The notes under the pieces are model-generated. The model was not told where the DNA came from. It saw nothing but the letters and a program-made list of their open reading frames with translations, and made no database searches. A DNA stretch of 63,747 nt, filler included, from Octopus bimaculoides (taxonomy: Eukaryota): NCBI RefSeq assembly GCF_001194135.2. It is 6 parts of 6 records of this genome, joined end to end, with 100 filler letters (N's around TTAATTAATTAA, not from the genome) between each part and the next. Parts side by side here need not be neighbours in the genome. Positions count along the whole stretch, not along the records: positions 20,209 to 42,893 come from NC_068989.1; positions 42,994 to 49,591 come from NC_068999.1; positions 49,692 to 58,200 come from NC_068993.1; 3 more parts are not named here. One strand, 5' to 3'. A program made the position numbers and the translations under genes. Positions 39,696 to 52,450 of the stretch are shown here, one piece after another (positions within the stretch are counted from its first letter, which is position 1; each line of letters starts with the position of its first letter).

Positions 39696-40070
39696 CTATT
39701 ACACACACGACACAAACTAAATACACACATATTCTTCACCTATTTGTTCTTCAAATTTACAACCTTAAGCGCTACTTGAACCAAATTCATCCCCAATATA
39801 TCACTACTTTATATTAACACTAACACTACAATTTATCAGACAGTTTTTTTGTTGCGGCTACAGATGTTTTACAATGATTATATTTGGAATTCGTTCTTCT
39901 TCAAACATTTCATCCTGGCTGTCTAAAATTTGATTTTCTCTCAACTTATTCCGGTATAGTATTATTCTTTGATTCTCTTTGTTTTTTTTCACACAACACT
40001 ACGACTCTCTCTCCCTCTCTCTCTCTCCTGTCTTCTGTATACATATATGGAAACATATATGTATGTAGGC

Positions 40071-40130
<60 letters not shown>

Positions 40131-40697
40131 GTGTGTATATGCATATAATTATTCTCTCTATCTATTTCTTCCTCTCTCCACACAGCTCGTTGCAAACTAG
40201 CTTAAACTCCCATGATTCAATATCTGTTCGTCTAAATCATTTCCGCCCACACCATCGTCTTCCAGTTTTAGCTGATTATATAATATTTCCATTGATAACT
40301 TAATTGCAAAGCATTTCTTAACTCGTTCTTTGATCTTGTTTTCTACGGATATTAGAATAGTTCCGACGTTTAGAAGAAATTTTACTAATGTGTATCGATA
40401 ATGTGCTTTGATTGTCTCAATGATAATAATAATGCATTGAATCACGAAGAGTTTTTAGTCTATATTCTATTATATGTGTGTGTGTATGCATATACGTGGG
40501 TGTATGTGTATATGTCTGTGTGTGTGCCTCTCTCTCTCTCTCTCTCTTTATATATATATATGTATTTATATATTTATACATATATATACACACACATATA
40601 TATATATACATATATACATGCATACATATATGCATGCATGCATATGTGTGCATATATACATATGTATGTATACCAATTTATAGATGTAAATATAACA

Positions 40698-40730
<33 letters not shown>

Positions 40731-40769
40731 AGAAATAGTGGTACAACAAGGTGCCAGTTTTTGCTGGAA

Positions 40770-40904
40770 ATAGCAGTCTATCGAGGTCGACTTTGCTTTC
40801 ATTCCCTTGAGGTCGATAAATTAAGTGCCAGTTGCGTACTGGGGTCGATTTCAGGCCTTGTGCCAAAAATTTCACGTCTTGTGCCAATAGTAGAAAGATC
40901 ATCA

Positions 40905-40950
<46 letters not shown>

Positions 40951-42100
40951 CATCATCATCATCATCATCATCAAAACGGCGATCTGGCAACATCGTTAGC
41001 ACGCCAGACAAAGTACCTCGCAGCATTTCTCCTGGCTTTACATTCTGAGTCCAAATTCCGCCGAGGTCAAGCTTGCCTTTCATCNNNNNNNNNNNNNNNN
41101 NNNNNNNNNNNNNNNNNNNNNNNNNNNNNNNNNNNNNNNNNNNNNNNNNNNNNNNNNNNNNNNNNNNNNNNNNNNNNNNNNNNNNNNNNNNNNNNNNNNN
41201 NNNNNNNNNNNNNNNNNNNNNNNNNNNNNNNNNNNNNNNNNNNNNNNNNNNNNNNNNNNNNNNNNNNNNNNNNNNNNNNNNNNNNNNNNNNNNNNNNNNN
41301 NNNNNNNNNNNNNNNNNNNNNNNNNNNNNNNNNNNNNNNNNNNNNNNNNNNNNNNNNNNNNNNNNNNNNNNNNNNNNNNNNNNNNNNNNNNNNNNNNNNN
41401 NNNNNNNNNNNNNNNNNNNNNNNNNNNNNNNNNNNNNNNNNNNNNNNNNNNNNNNNNNNNNNNNNNNNNNNNNNNNNNNNNNNNNNNNNNNNNNNNNNNN
41501 NNNNNNNNNNNAACGGTGAGCTAGCAGAATCGTTACCACGTAGGAAAAATGCTTTGTAGTAATACTTCCGATTCTTTACTTTCCGCGTACAAATCCTGCC
41601 GAAGTCAACTTTGGTTTTCATTTTTTCTTGTTTTTTTTTTGGGTGGGGGACGATAAAATAACGTATCATTTAAGTACTGGAAGTCGATGTAATCAGCTTA
41701 CAGCTCCCCTAAAATTGCTGGTTTTGTGCCAATATTTGAAACCATTATTAAGGCAGTGAACTAGCAGAACCATTACCGCGTCGAGCAAAATGCTTAGCAG
41801 CATTTCTTCCGGTTTTTTTTTTTTACGTTCTGAGTTCAAATTCTGCCGAGTTCGACTTTTAATTGAGGCAATAAGAATATTGCCTCTATTGCAGTGAGCT
41901 GGCAGAATCGTTAGTACGTCAAGCAAAATTCTTAGCAGCATTACGTCTGTTTTTACGTTGTAAGCTCAATTTCTGCCACGGTCGACTTTGCCTTTCATCC
42001 TTCCAGAGTCGATAAAATAAGTACCAGCTGAACACTGGGTCGATGTAATCGACTTAACCACACCCCTCGAAATTTACTGGACTTATGCCTTCCTTAGAAA
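40770..42100 (+). mobile_element. Tandem cluster of family B SINE copies
   Basis: At least five + strand partial copies near 40770, 40975, 41511, 41750 and 41890. Confidence 0.75.
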
Positions 42101-42893
42101 CAGTTATTGTTTGTTTTTTTTTGCATTTGTATTTTTGTCAGTAGTGATGTTGTTTCTCGTTTTTCTTTTGCTGTTTTTCAATAATTATTTTCAGTATTAA
42201 CGAAGATATTTTTTCTTGTATTTCAGCTAAGGAAGACTGGTCTTATTACAAGAGACTTTTTCTAACGACACCAAGACGTTAAAAATGACGTTTTGACATC
42301 TAAAAGCACGACTTAGGTCAGAGTGAAAAAAGAAAGTACAGATAAGCTTTGGGTTTTGTTTATTGGTTTTTGATTTGGTTTGGTTTTTGTTTGTTTTATT
42401 TTTCTTTTGTTTTTATGGGGGTTGTTTATGGAATCTGGGTGGGATGAATTCTTTGTTGGCATTTCGATATTTCACGACTGGCATTGAAGTCATTAGTTTT
42501 TGGTACCATTAAAAATATTAAAGAACTTGATACATCTACTCACTTCGACTTAACTCTATTCTAAAGAGATTGACTGGCTCATAGATTTACCACAAAAAAT
42601 TGGTATAATGTATGCTGGAAAGTTGCAGTTAAAATTGATTACGGCTTAAACTGATAATGAAATAAATTATTATCGAATTAACTGACTAACTTGTCCAACA
42701 AAACAAGGTAAAAAAATATATATCGTATAGCAAAATTAATTAATATCCAAGTGTTTCATCAAACTTGTCATCTTCCAACATGAAACTTGAGTTACATACA
42801 ATCTAATAAATGTGTAGATGTTTTAATTAACCTGTTAACATATTATGCTAAGCGAAGGACGATTGGAATTTTCAACCCAAAGTTATTGATTGG

Positions 42894-42993
42894 NNNNNNN
42901 NNNNNNNNNNNNNNNNNNNNNNNNNNNNNNNNNNNNNTTAATTAATTAANNNNNNNNNNNNNNNNNNNNNNNNNNNNNNNNNNNNNNNNNNNN
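42894..42993. other. Artificial scaffold linker
   Basis: N-TTAATTAATTAA-N, 100 bp. Confidence 0.9.
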
Positions 42994-43058
42994 TATATGA
43001 AGTGTACATTGTCGTTTGGAGATCTCATGTTAACTCGTTGACGATTCGATCGAAATGC

Positions 43059-43104
<46 letters not shown>

Positions 43105-43107
<3 letters not shown>

Positions 43108-45480
43108 AACCCAGTACAACCTGCTGCATAGTCGGGTCGTCGGCGAGTGAACTGGCAACGCCACAAGCTTGCTTGGTGTGGAGGGTGTTTTTTTTGAGAA
43201 CTGTGCATTTTATCTATCAACTGCTGAATAAGTCGCCCATAAGGATAAGTTTTTTCCCTATAGGGACAACTGGAGAGGATATGACGGCGTAGGTTGCAAA
43301 ATTCATCTCCTGTTGTTGTTATCTCCGTAGTAAGACCAACGTTCCATCAAAACCATCCAAGTCTACAAAAGTCGTCAGTGCCTAAGCGCATTAATGTTCT
43401 GCCTTTGAAAATTACTAAAAAGCAGGCTGAGCTCTCTGTCAAGTTGGACACTGCACTCAGTACTGTTGAAATCAGTGATGACACAGGATCATATTGAAGT
43501 CGTCTCTGCGTGGTGCAACGCACTCTGCATCCGTAGGGGTTCTTGGACCTCCTGTTCGTAAACATCAAGATTGGTTCAGTGATAACAACACAGATATTCA
43601 GCAGCTGATAGATAAAATGCACAGTTCTCATAAAACATGGATAAATGGTAAGAGCTCATCCAGAAAAGAGAACGCTTATAAGAAATGCAGAGGTCAGGTC
43701 GAACGTGCTCTGAGACAGATGAAGGAGGCTTGATGGTCTTCCAAGGCTACTGAACAAAGGATTCTAAAGTTTTTATGATGGCCTGAAGAGCATGGTGTTA
43801 CTCCTATTTTCTCATTCAATAGAGAGACTCAATTAACTGACAAATCTGACATCCTAAAACGATGGAAAGATAAAATCGGAGCCGTATTGAACTCCACCTC
43901 AGTCACTAATGATGGCGTCATAATGCCTATTCCACAGCACGCTGAAATACCGGAATTATCTCTAAAGCCAACCTTCCTGGAAGTGGTAAACTCCGTTAAA
44001 TAGATCTCTTCTGGTAAAGCAATTAGCAGGGATGCTGTCGCTCCTGAAATCTACAAGCATGGTGGACAGAAGTTTTTTAAGGAATTGCATGACCTCTTCA
44101 TAAGTATTTGGATGGTAGGCCGTGTACCACAGGACTTCGAAGATGCCTCAATTCAATATCTTTATAAGAACAAAGGAAACAGAAGTGTCTGTGAGAATCA
44201 TCGAGGAACATCGCTTCTGTCTATTGCTAGTAAGATTCTTGCTCGACTCATTCTTGACAGGATCATCAAACACGTTGTAAACGATATTTAGCTAGAATTG
44301 CAGTTCGCTTTTCGCTCTTGTTGTGGCTCTATAGACACGATCTTTTTCCTTCGACAGGTCATGGAGAACATACGTGAGAAGTATCAAGCGTTGTTCATGG
44401 TATTCGTTGACCTTATTAAGGCCTTCGACACTGTAAACTGGCTAGCACTACGGAAAGTTCTGAAAAAGCATGATATACCTGACAAGATGTTGAATGTTAT
44501 CTCCTTTCATGAGGGAAGGCCGCTGTCGTGTCCACCAACATTGTCCTACTCTTAAACAAATTTGAGGTGTCAAGCAGAGGCCACCGGTTTAAAGTTTTCC
44601 TGACACTCCTATGCGGGTTGAAGGGAAAAACCTAAATTATGTGAAGTCATTTACATATCTTGGTAGTAAAGCGAATTTGAACGCTTGTCTTGATGATGAA
44701 ATCGTCAACTGTATTGCAAAGGCAACCAACGCATTTTGCAAATTCCGTCATCGTCTATGGAATGAAAGTGGTATTAAACTTGACACCAAAGTACAGGTTT
44801 ATGACGCTGCCATTCTTACTACTCTCTTGTAAGGATCAGAATCGTGGATACCCTATAGATGACACATTAACCAACTAGATATCTTCTACAACTAGATATC
44901 TTCCACAAAGGCAGTCTCAGGAAAATCTGCGGTTCTTCATTAAAAGATAGAGCTTCTAATGCCAACCTGTTTAGCAAGTGTAAGATTGGTGGAATCGAGA
45001 GCTTCCTTATGCAGTTAGAATTGCGCTGAGCTGACCATGTCATCAGAATGAGCAACGAAAGAATACCCAAAGTCCTCGTGTACAGCCATCTTGATAGTGG
45101 GCACAGGAATGTTGGTCGACCATGGTTCATGTATAAAGACAAGCTGAAGTGTAACCTCTTAGCAGTGAAAATAGCTCACAACACCTTCGAGCGAACAGCA
45201 AACAAAATGGAGCAAACAAAATGGAGATCGTTATGTCAAACTGGTCTTAGAAACTCTGTTGCAACCAATATTAGCAGGCTTCGGGGTGCAAGGCAAAGGA
45301 GAAAAGCGGCTGCAAATATTCCACCTGCCCTGACCTGTAATCCTCATACTTGCAACATTTGTGGGCTTCTTTGCAAATAGTTGACGAGACTCAAATGTCA
45401 CAATTCAACATAAACATTATGTTGGACAAAAAAAAGAGTAGGTTATCGGATCCACCTACATCGAAACCGACAGGAGAGTC
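43105..45480 (+). mobile_element. RTE-clade LINE, degenerate, with an internal RT deletion
   Basis: RKHQDWFSDN, NHRGTSLLSIASKILAR, QFAFR..FVDLIKAFDTVN, FTYLGS, RIPKVLVYSHL..GRPW; YADD region missing near 44520-44610. Confidence 0.9.
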
Positions 45481-46410
45481 CGTCATATATATATGGGTTA
45501 TAAGAGGTAATGGTGTCAAGAAGGCCCAAATGTGTCAGGTAATACTGAGTAAGTGCTATGAACAGACTATAGTTAAGCTCCAGGTTCGGTGATTATGCGA
45601 ATGAGGAGTCCAACGTAGGTCATATATCAGCATGCCTACATATAAGAAATTGACAGAATGAGATTTAAAAATCCAAGGTTCTGAAATCATTCACAGCCTT
45701 GGGTTTTTTTTATCTCGTTCTGTTAATTTTATATATATATATATATATATNNNNNNNNNNNNNNNNNNNNNNNNNNNNNNNNNNNNNNNNNNNNNNNNNN
45801 NNNNNNNNNNNNNNNNNNNNNNNNNNNNNNNNNNNNNNNNNNNNNNNNNNNNNNNNNNNNNNNNNNNNNNNNNNNNNNNNNNNNNNNNNNNNNNNNNNNN
45901 NNNNNNNNNNNNNNNNNNNNNNNNNNNNNNNNNNNNNNNNNNNNNNNNNNNNNNNNNNNNNNNNNNNNNNNNNNNNNNNNNNNNNNNNNNNNNNNNNNNN
46001 NNNNNNNNNNNNNNNNNNNNNNNNNNNNNNNNNNNNNNNNNNNNNNNNNNNNNNNNNNNNNNNNNNNNNNNNNNNNNNNNNNNNNNNNNNNNNNNNNNNN
46101 NNNNNNNNNNNNNNNNNNNNNNNNNNNNNNNNNNNNNNNNNNNNNNNNNNNNNNNNNNNNNNNNNNNNNNNNNNNNNNNNNNNNNNNNNNNNNNNNNNNN
46201 NNNNNNNNNNNNNNNNNNNNNNNNNNNNNNNNNNNNNNNNNNNNNNNNNNNNNNNNNNNNNNNNNNNNNNNNNNNNNNNNNNNNNNNNNNNNNNNNNNNN
46301 NNNNNNNNNNNNNNNNNNNNNNNNNNNNNNNNNNNNNNNNNNNNNNNNNNNNNNNNNNNNNNNNNNNNNNNNNNNNNNNNNNNNNNNNNNNNNNNNNNNN
46401 NNNNNNNNNN

Positions 46411-46483
<73 letters not shown>

Positions 46484-46574
46484 GAGAGAGAAAGAGAGAG
46501 AGAGAGTGAGAGAGAGAGGTAGATAGAGACGGTAATTTAAAGAAGAATACAATCAACATAAACTTCCTACTTAC

Positions 46575-46681
46575 TGTACTCGATAACCTTTCTGTATTGA
46601 AATTGGTATCAGCTGAGGCCGTAATAAATCATCTGGACCCAGGGTGGTTTTATAACATGTGTGAATGGAGCGACAAATACC
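46575..46681 (-). other. Candidate internal exon of an unidentified minus-strand transcript (GICRSIHTCYKTTLGPDDLLRPQLIPISIQKGYRV)
   Basis: Long polypyrimidine acceptor tttctctatttctttcacattttacag and consensus donor gtaagt; one frame open across 107 nt. Confidence 0.45.
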
Positions 46682-46799
46682 CTGTAAAATGTGAAAGAAA
46701 TAGAGAAATTATCGCGAGTGTCATCATTTGCTCAAATATTGCTTATTAATTAACAAATTTCAATAATTACTATCAATGATGCTTTCAACTATAAACACA

Positions 46800-47210
46800 C
46801 GGCCAGCAATTTTAAGTTAGACGGGACTAGTCGATTTTATCGATCCCCCACAACTCTGCTGCCACTTATTTTATCGACCCCGAAAGTGATGAAAGGCGAA
46901 ATCGACGGCATTTGAACCCAGAAATAAAAACGGGCGAAATACTGTTAAGCATTTTCTGCCGACAAGCTTAACGATTCTTATTTCTTTACTGCCCACAAGG
47001 GGCTACACACAGAGGGGACAAACAAGGAGAGACAAACGGATTAAGTCGATTATATCGACCCAGTGTGTGACTGGTACTTATTTAATCGACCCTGAAAGGA
47101 TGAAAGGCAAAGTCGACCTCGGCGGAATTTGAACTCAGAACGTAGCGGCAGACGAAATACCGCTAAGCATTTCGCCCGACGTGCTAACGATTCTGCCAGC
47201 TCGCCGCCTT
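46800..47210 (-). mobile_element. Two joined family B SINEs (old copy plus young B2)
   Basis: Diverged copy 46800-46978 abuts a near-consensus B2 copy at 46979-47210. Confidence 0.8.
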
Positions 47211-47713
47211 TATAGTTACTATTAAACACAATTCTAAATGTTACAGTAACAGTAATATTGCCTAACTTAAAAACAAGCTATGGGAGAACTACAACTCTAC
47301 TACATTTCTGTTAAAATGCATTACGTTTATCTCAATTAATTTTGAAAATAACGAAGAATTTAGTTAAACAACTCTTTTTCATTAAACTAATGTTTGTAAC
47401 AAATAAGGAGAAAATGTTGGTGCAATGTTTTAGCATAGATAACTTGAAAACAAGAAATTCACATCATAGAGCAAGATACTGTATCAGACCTGTTGGTATA
47501 AAAAAAAAATTAAATTAGCAGCAGCACTTTAGCAATGCTTAATTTATCGAATCACCGAAGGAAGAAAGGAAATGTTACACTTGGGACAAACTGGATTCAT
47601 ACATAACTAAATACTATTGGATATTTAGTACTTCGTCAGTTATAGACATTTGTCCACTACCACCAATATCATCCGTCATTTCTCATCATCTACAACCTAA
47701 CATTATAAAATGA

Positions 47714-47779
<66 letters not shown>

Positions 47780-48208
47780 ATATATATACATATACTATGT
47801 CTGTAATCACCATAAACCATGAACCCAAAGACATAATCAACCTCACGAGAATGAAGGAAAATTCAAATTAACACGACATCAGGTAAGATTCAAAACGAAG
47901 CATATCAAATATACATTCCCACTTTTCGCTGCCTGACAGATATCATTATGTCTTCGACATCTGGGCAGCACAATTTAATCTGGCGACGTCAACAGTGTTA
48001 AAATTATAAATGCTGCCTGAACATCGTTTGTCAAGCAGCATGAGCGAAAGATTGTGTGCGTGTGTGTATTCATGTGTGTGTGTGTGTACATGCATATATA
48101 CAAGCATATATACACACACACAGACACACACACACAGACTCATACACACACGCACACACATACACACACACAGATATATATATATAAACACACACGTACA
48201 CATATATA

Positions 48209-49486
48209 TTCGATGTGCCTTCAAAAGGTATCCAACTTTATTTTTTTCTTACCAAAACTAATGCCGCGTGGGCAAAATCATTTAAGTGAAAGTTGACGCC
48301 ATTCTTCCGGCGCATGCTCCTAAAATTTCGCGTCAGCGAGCCGCGTTAGTTGCCGGTTGTTACGCCTTGAGTATAAGCATATAGTGCGCGCTCTTCGGAT
48401 CTTCCTTTACACGCAAGATGACCGAATGATACGAGCAGACATTCTGCATCAAGCTTTACCAAAATCTTGATGGTACTCCAGCTGAAACCATCCAAAAGAT
48501 TCAGCAGGTCCTTCGTAATGATGCTTTTTTCTTTTTATTCTTTTTACTTGTTTCAGTTATTTGACTGCGGCCATGCTGGAGCACCACCTTTAGTCGATCA
48601 AATTGACCCCAGGACTTATTCTTTGTAAGCCTAGTACTTATTCTATCGATCTCTTGTGCCGCGCCGCTAAGTTACGGGGACACAAATACACCACCATCCG
48701 TTGTCAAGCGATTTGGGGGGGGGGGACAAACACAGACACACAAACGTATACACACACATGCATATATATGACGGGATTCTTTCAGTTTCCGTCTACCAAA
48801 TCCACTCACAAGGCTTTGATTGGCCCGAAGCTATAGTGGAAGACACTTGCCCAAGATGCCACGCAGTGGGAATGAACGCCGAACCATGTGGTTGGTAAGC
48901 AAGCTACTTACCACACAGCCACTCCTAAATGCCCATGAGTAAAACTCACATCAAAGAGTGATGTAAGTGCATCAGACATGGTCTCACCTCTGTGGAGGGC
49001 AAGGTACACTCAGGCAGGCCATCCACAAACCGAAACAAGAAGGCGATTGAGAAGTTTCGATGAATAGTCATGGAATACCGTTGTGTAACAATCCAGGAAA
49101 TTACTCACGAAGTGGGAATAAGCACAAGACCACTGCGTTCCATGTTCACGGAGGATTTGTACCTGCGGAGAGTGATGGCGAGAGAATGAAGTCGGACACT
49201 TTTAGTTCTCTACTTTCCAATATTGGCACCATGTGACTTCTGGATCTCTCCAAACTGAAAACCACTGGAGAGGGAAGCGATTTGAGTCGCGAGAGGAAAT
49301 TATGGGAAAAGCGACAGCAGAGCTTCATAGCAGTACACAGAAGGCGTTCCAGAGTTGTGACCAACAGTAGCAAAATAACTGGGAGAAGTGCGTGAACTCC
49401 CAGGAGGAATATTTTGAAGGTGATTAAATAAAATTTATGAAATGTATAAGCTTTTTCTTATTGGATATGTTTAGAACGCATGTCGA

Positions 49487-49487
<1 letters not shown>
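48209..49487 (+). mobile_element. Internally deleted mariner element interrupted by a SINE A
   Basis: EQTFCIKL..TPAETIQKIQQ, HSGRPST, LAPCDFW motifs; imperfect TIRs ttcgatgtgccttcaaaaggtatcc / ggatatgtttagaacgcatgtcgaa; TA on both sides. Confidence 0.85.
48525..48926 (-). mobile_element. SINE family A
   Basis: Complete reverse-strand copy. Confidence 0.88.
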
Positions 49488-49549
<62 letters not shown>

Positions 49550-49551
49550 AA

Positions 49552-49583
<32 letters not shown>

Positions 49584-49591
49584 CATACATA

Positions 49592-49691
49592 NNNNNNNNN
49601 NNNNNNNNNNNNNNNNNNNNNNNNNNNNNNNNNNNTTAATTAATTAANNNNNNNNNNNNNNNNNNNNNNNNNNNNNNNNNNNNNNNNNNNN
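49592..49691. other. Artificial scaffold linker
   Basis: N44-TTAATTAATTAA-N44. Confidence 0.9.
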
Positions 49692-49739
<48 letters not shown>

Positions 49740-50989
49740 GCACACACATATATCGCAACAGCAATGACAACAACAACAAAAATATAAATAAAAGAGAACG
49801 TAAAAGCAACGTTATCAGCACACTTCATAATACGAAACAAAAACTGATGAAAGCAACAATAGCAGTGACAAGCCAGACATTGAGAATAACGAAAGAAATA
49901 TTAACTTCCACCTCCAGCACAAGCATGATTACAATGGAAACAGTAAATACTAGAGTTCGCAAACAAAGGGGAAACATTTCACATGTGTGTGGAGAAAACT
50001 ATAGTCAGTTATAATCAGTGAACAAGGTAGAAATGCAAGATGGCGTTTCAAGAAGAATAGCAGAATATGCCTAAAATTCCGGAAGATATACAAGAAGGAA
50101 TAAAGGACAAATTATGTATAAACGTGTTGCACTTAAAACGAAGCAACGTGTGCGAGCAACGCAGGTCCAAATTGAAAAGTACGTAAAACCACTCAGAGGA
50201 ATAAAGTTTTATGTTGGTAGAGGAAGACGCATCGGCAGAGTTGGGTGGGGTTCGGAAATGAAGAATCCGCGAAGGAAAATTTGACCACAACACTAAAAAG
50301 TGGCAAACTGCTGCCGATTTCAACATACCTCTATCAATGCGTAGTGTAAGTAAAGGTGGTTGAGTTACCATCGCGAGCAGATATCTGCTTGCTTGTGATG
50401 ATCGTAATATACAGCGTAGAAAATAAAACATTCAAAGCCACTACAGAAAAATGCAAAGCCTGTACTTCACAATTCAAAGTGACCTCATTCATACCAGTCA
50501 ACCAAATTACTAATACAGAAATACCCGACTGCGCAAACATTCTCATCTACTACAGATATATCTGCCTAGGAAAACCTGCCTTACGAGGAAAGCAGTTTGA
50601 AAAGTCTCTGGTAAAGATACCTGTGAAGGGCAAAAGAAACAATTAGAAAATGAAAGCGTTACACCAGAGTAAATGCGAAAAGATTAGAGGAGCAAACACA
50701 GAAAGCAACAACCAATCACACATTCGCATCCCCAACTACAAACTTCCGCACTAGAATATTACATTATTACAAACACCGCAACAAACGAAAATACATAACA
50801 TTGATGACCAACATGATCAACACTCGAAAAGCATCATCAGCGATACAGTCAGAGGCGCATGCAACAACGACTTAATGAAACATATTCATCAATATACAGG
50901 CATTAATCAAAATAAATAAATCACACACATAACATCTCTACTAATATTCAAATGATAAAACAACCTAAGAAGCCCGTTTATAGACTTCT

Positions 50990-52450
50990 TGTGGGGGAAT
51001 ATGAGATTCCCGAGAGACTATAAAGAAAAGAAATGTATAAAGAAATATATGCTGGTGGACGCACGAATAGCCAGAGGGACGGAATACCTGTCCTTCCACA
51101 GAAATATGGTAAGTGTTTTTCTCACTTTCATCCTTTCTTGTCAACTATAAACTCAAAATAAGCAGTGTGAATGCACGTGGCCAGAGGTATCCTTGGAAGC
51201 AAGACCACTTGCTCAAGGATCCCAGGCCACTAAAAATAGATGTGGCAGCTATGAGCCAGACTAGAATTTCCAAGGCATGAGTAAACGTGCCCATCTTCCG
51301 CGGCTATGAATTGTTTATATCCCACGTTTTCCAGGAACTTGCGGCAGAGTAGTTATACTGATTCGGGAAGGGCTGGATCTCGCGACACGGAACATTTTTC
51401 TTGAGCCTAGAAGATAAATTGGTGATGTTAGACGTGACCAATAGCAAAGGCCAAGCTTTCAGACTAGTAGCCGTTTCTGCCTTGACAGGGGCGAAGAAGC
51501 CAGATCACTTCAGGCTTCAGGAAGTCTTTCTTGGAACGTCCCACTCCTAGTATTGATGGATGATTGGAACGATATCTTGGACTCACGCAGGGACTGTGGA
51601 TAACTAGTAGCCCCTAGCGCATGTGGGTGCAGAAGCTTCACAAATCTGTTAAGATGCTTCCAACTGTTTGACAAGTACTCACTGGATTCTAGGATGCGTC
51701 ACTGAGGATATGGACAAACTGCATAGGGCCCGGTTACTGGAAGGTGGCGCGCCAAACTTACAGAGATAGGAAAAGAACGATTAATTAAGGTCGTAACGAA
51801 AGAGAAAAGTTTATTAGAAGGAGGCTTAGAAAGTATGCAGGGGCGCTTTGGGAAGGTTTCGCAACCGACATACTCGTGGTGAGATTGGCCTAGACCAATT
51901 CATCACAACGAAGCACGGAGGCTGCATTGTCAGAGCTAAGGCAGTGCTCTAAGACGAGAGGGAACGAAAGCACTCTATGATCCAGAGTTGGGTGTGAACA
52001 ACGTAACAGCAGATCCACATTTCGAACTTTGGGGATCATAACAAGCACATAATACTCGGCCACAATCAGATGCGTGTGGAAATTCAGCAGCACTTCACTC
52101 GACTGTTCAGAATGAATAGTAGGCCCATTTATAGACTTCTTGGATTTAACGGCCTATCTCGACGACCTGCTGCAATTCTCGCTAAAGTGTTGCGATAAGC
52201 CGATCACAGCCGTGGTAATTCGGGAAGCGATGATTGGTTGCGTGGGAGGTAAATCGTCTGGCTTGGATGGTCTGTTCCATGAGCTTTACTGTTACATTCA
52301 GATTTCTTTGGAAACCCCTTGGCAGATATCAAGCGCAACTGGCAGCAAAACGAAAAAATTCCCATGTCTTTGAGTCGATGAGAAGTAGAACTGCTTAGAA
52401 AGGACACAAACAATGAGAATTGAAAAGTAAGGGAAGGATTTCACCTCCAC
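50990..52450 (+). mobile_element. Tx1/L1-clade LINE remnant (APE endonuclease to RT start); ORF1-like debris may extend to about 50040
   Basis: KISSVNARG..KQDHLLKD..KIDVAAMSQTR, DDWNDILD, GKSSGLDGLFHELY motifs. Confidence 0.7.

Noticed and set aside
40197-40445. Minus-strand ORF ending ENKIKERVKK...QILNHGSLS
   Set aside because: Weak acceptor and no recognisable homology; within chance for AT-rich DNA.
42227-42316. + strand exon-like segment (tttcag / gtcaga) downstream of the GABA-R stop
   Set aside because: Stops in all three frames, a weak donor and no recognisable product.
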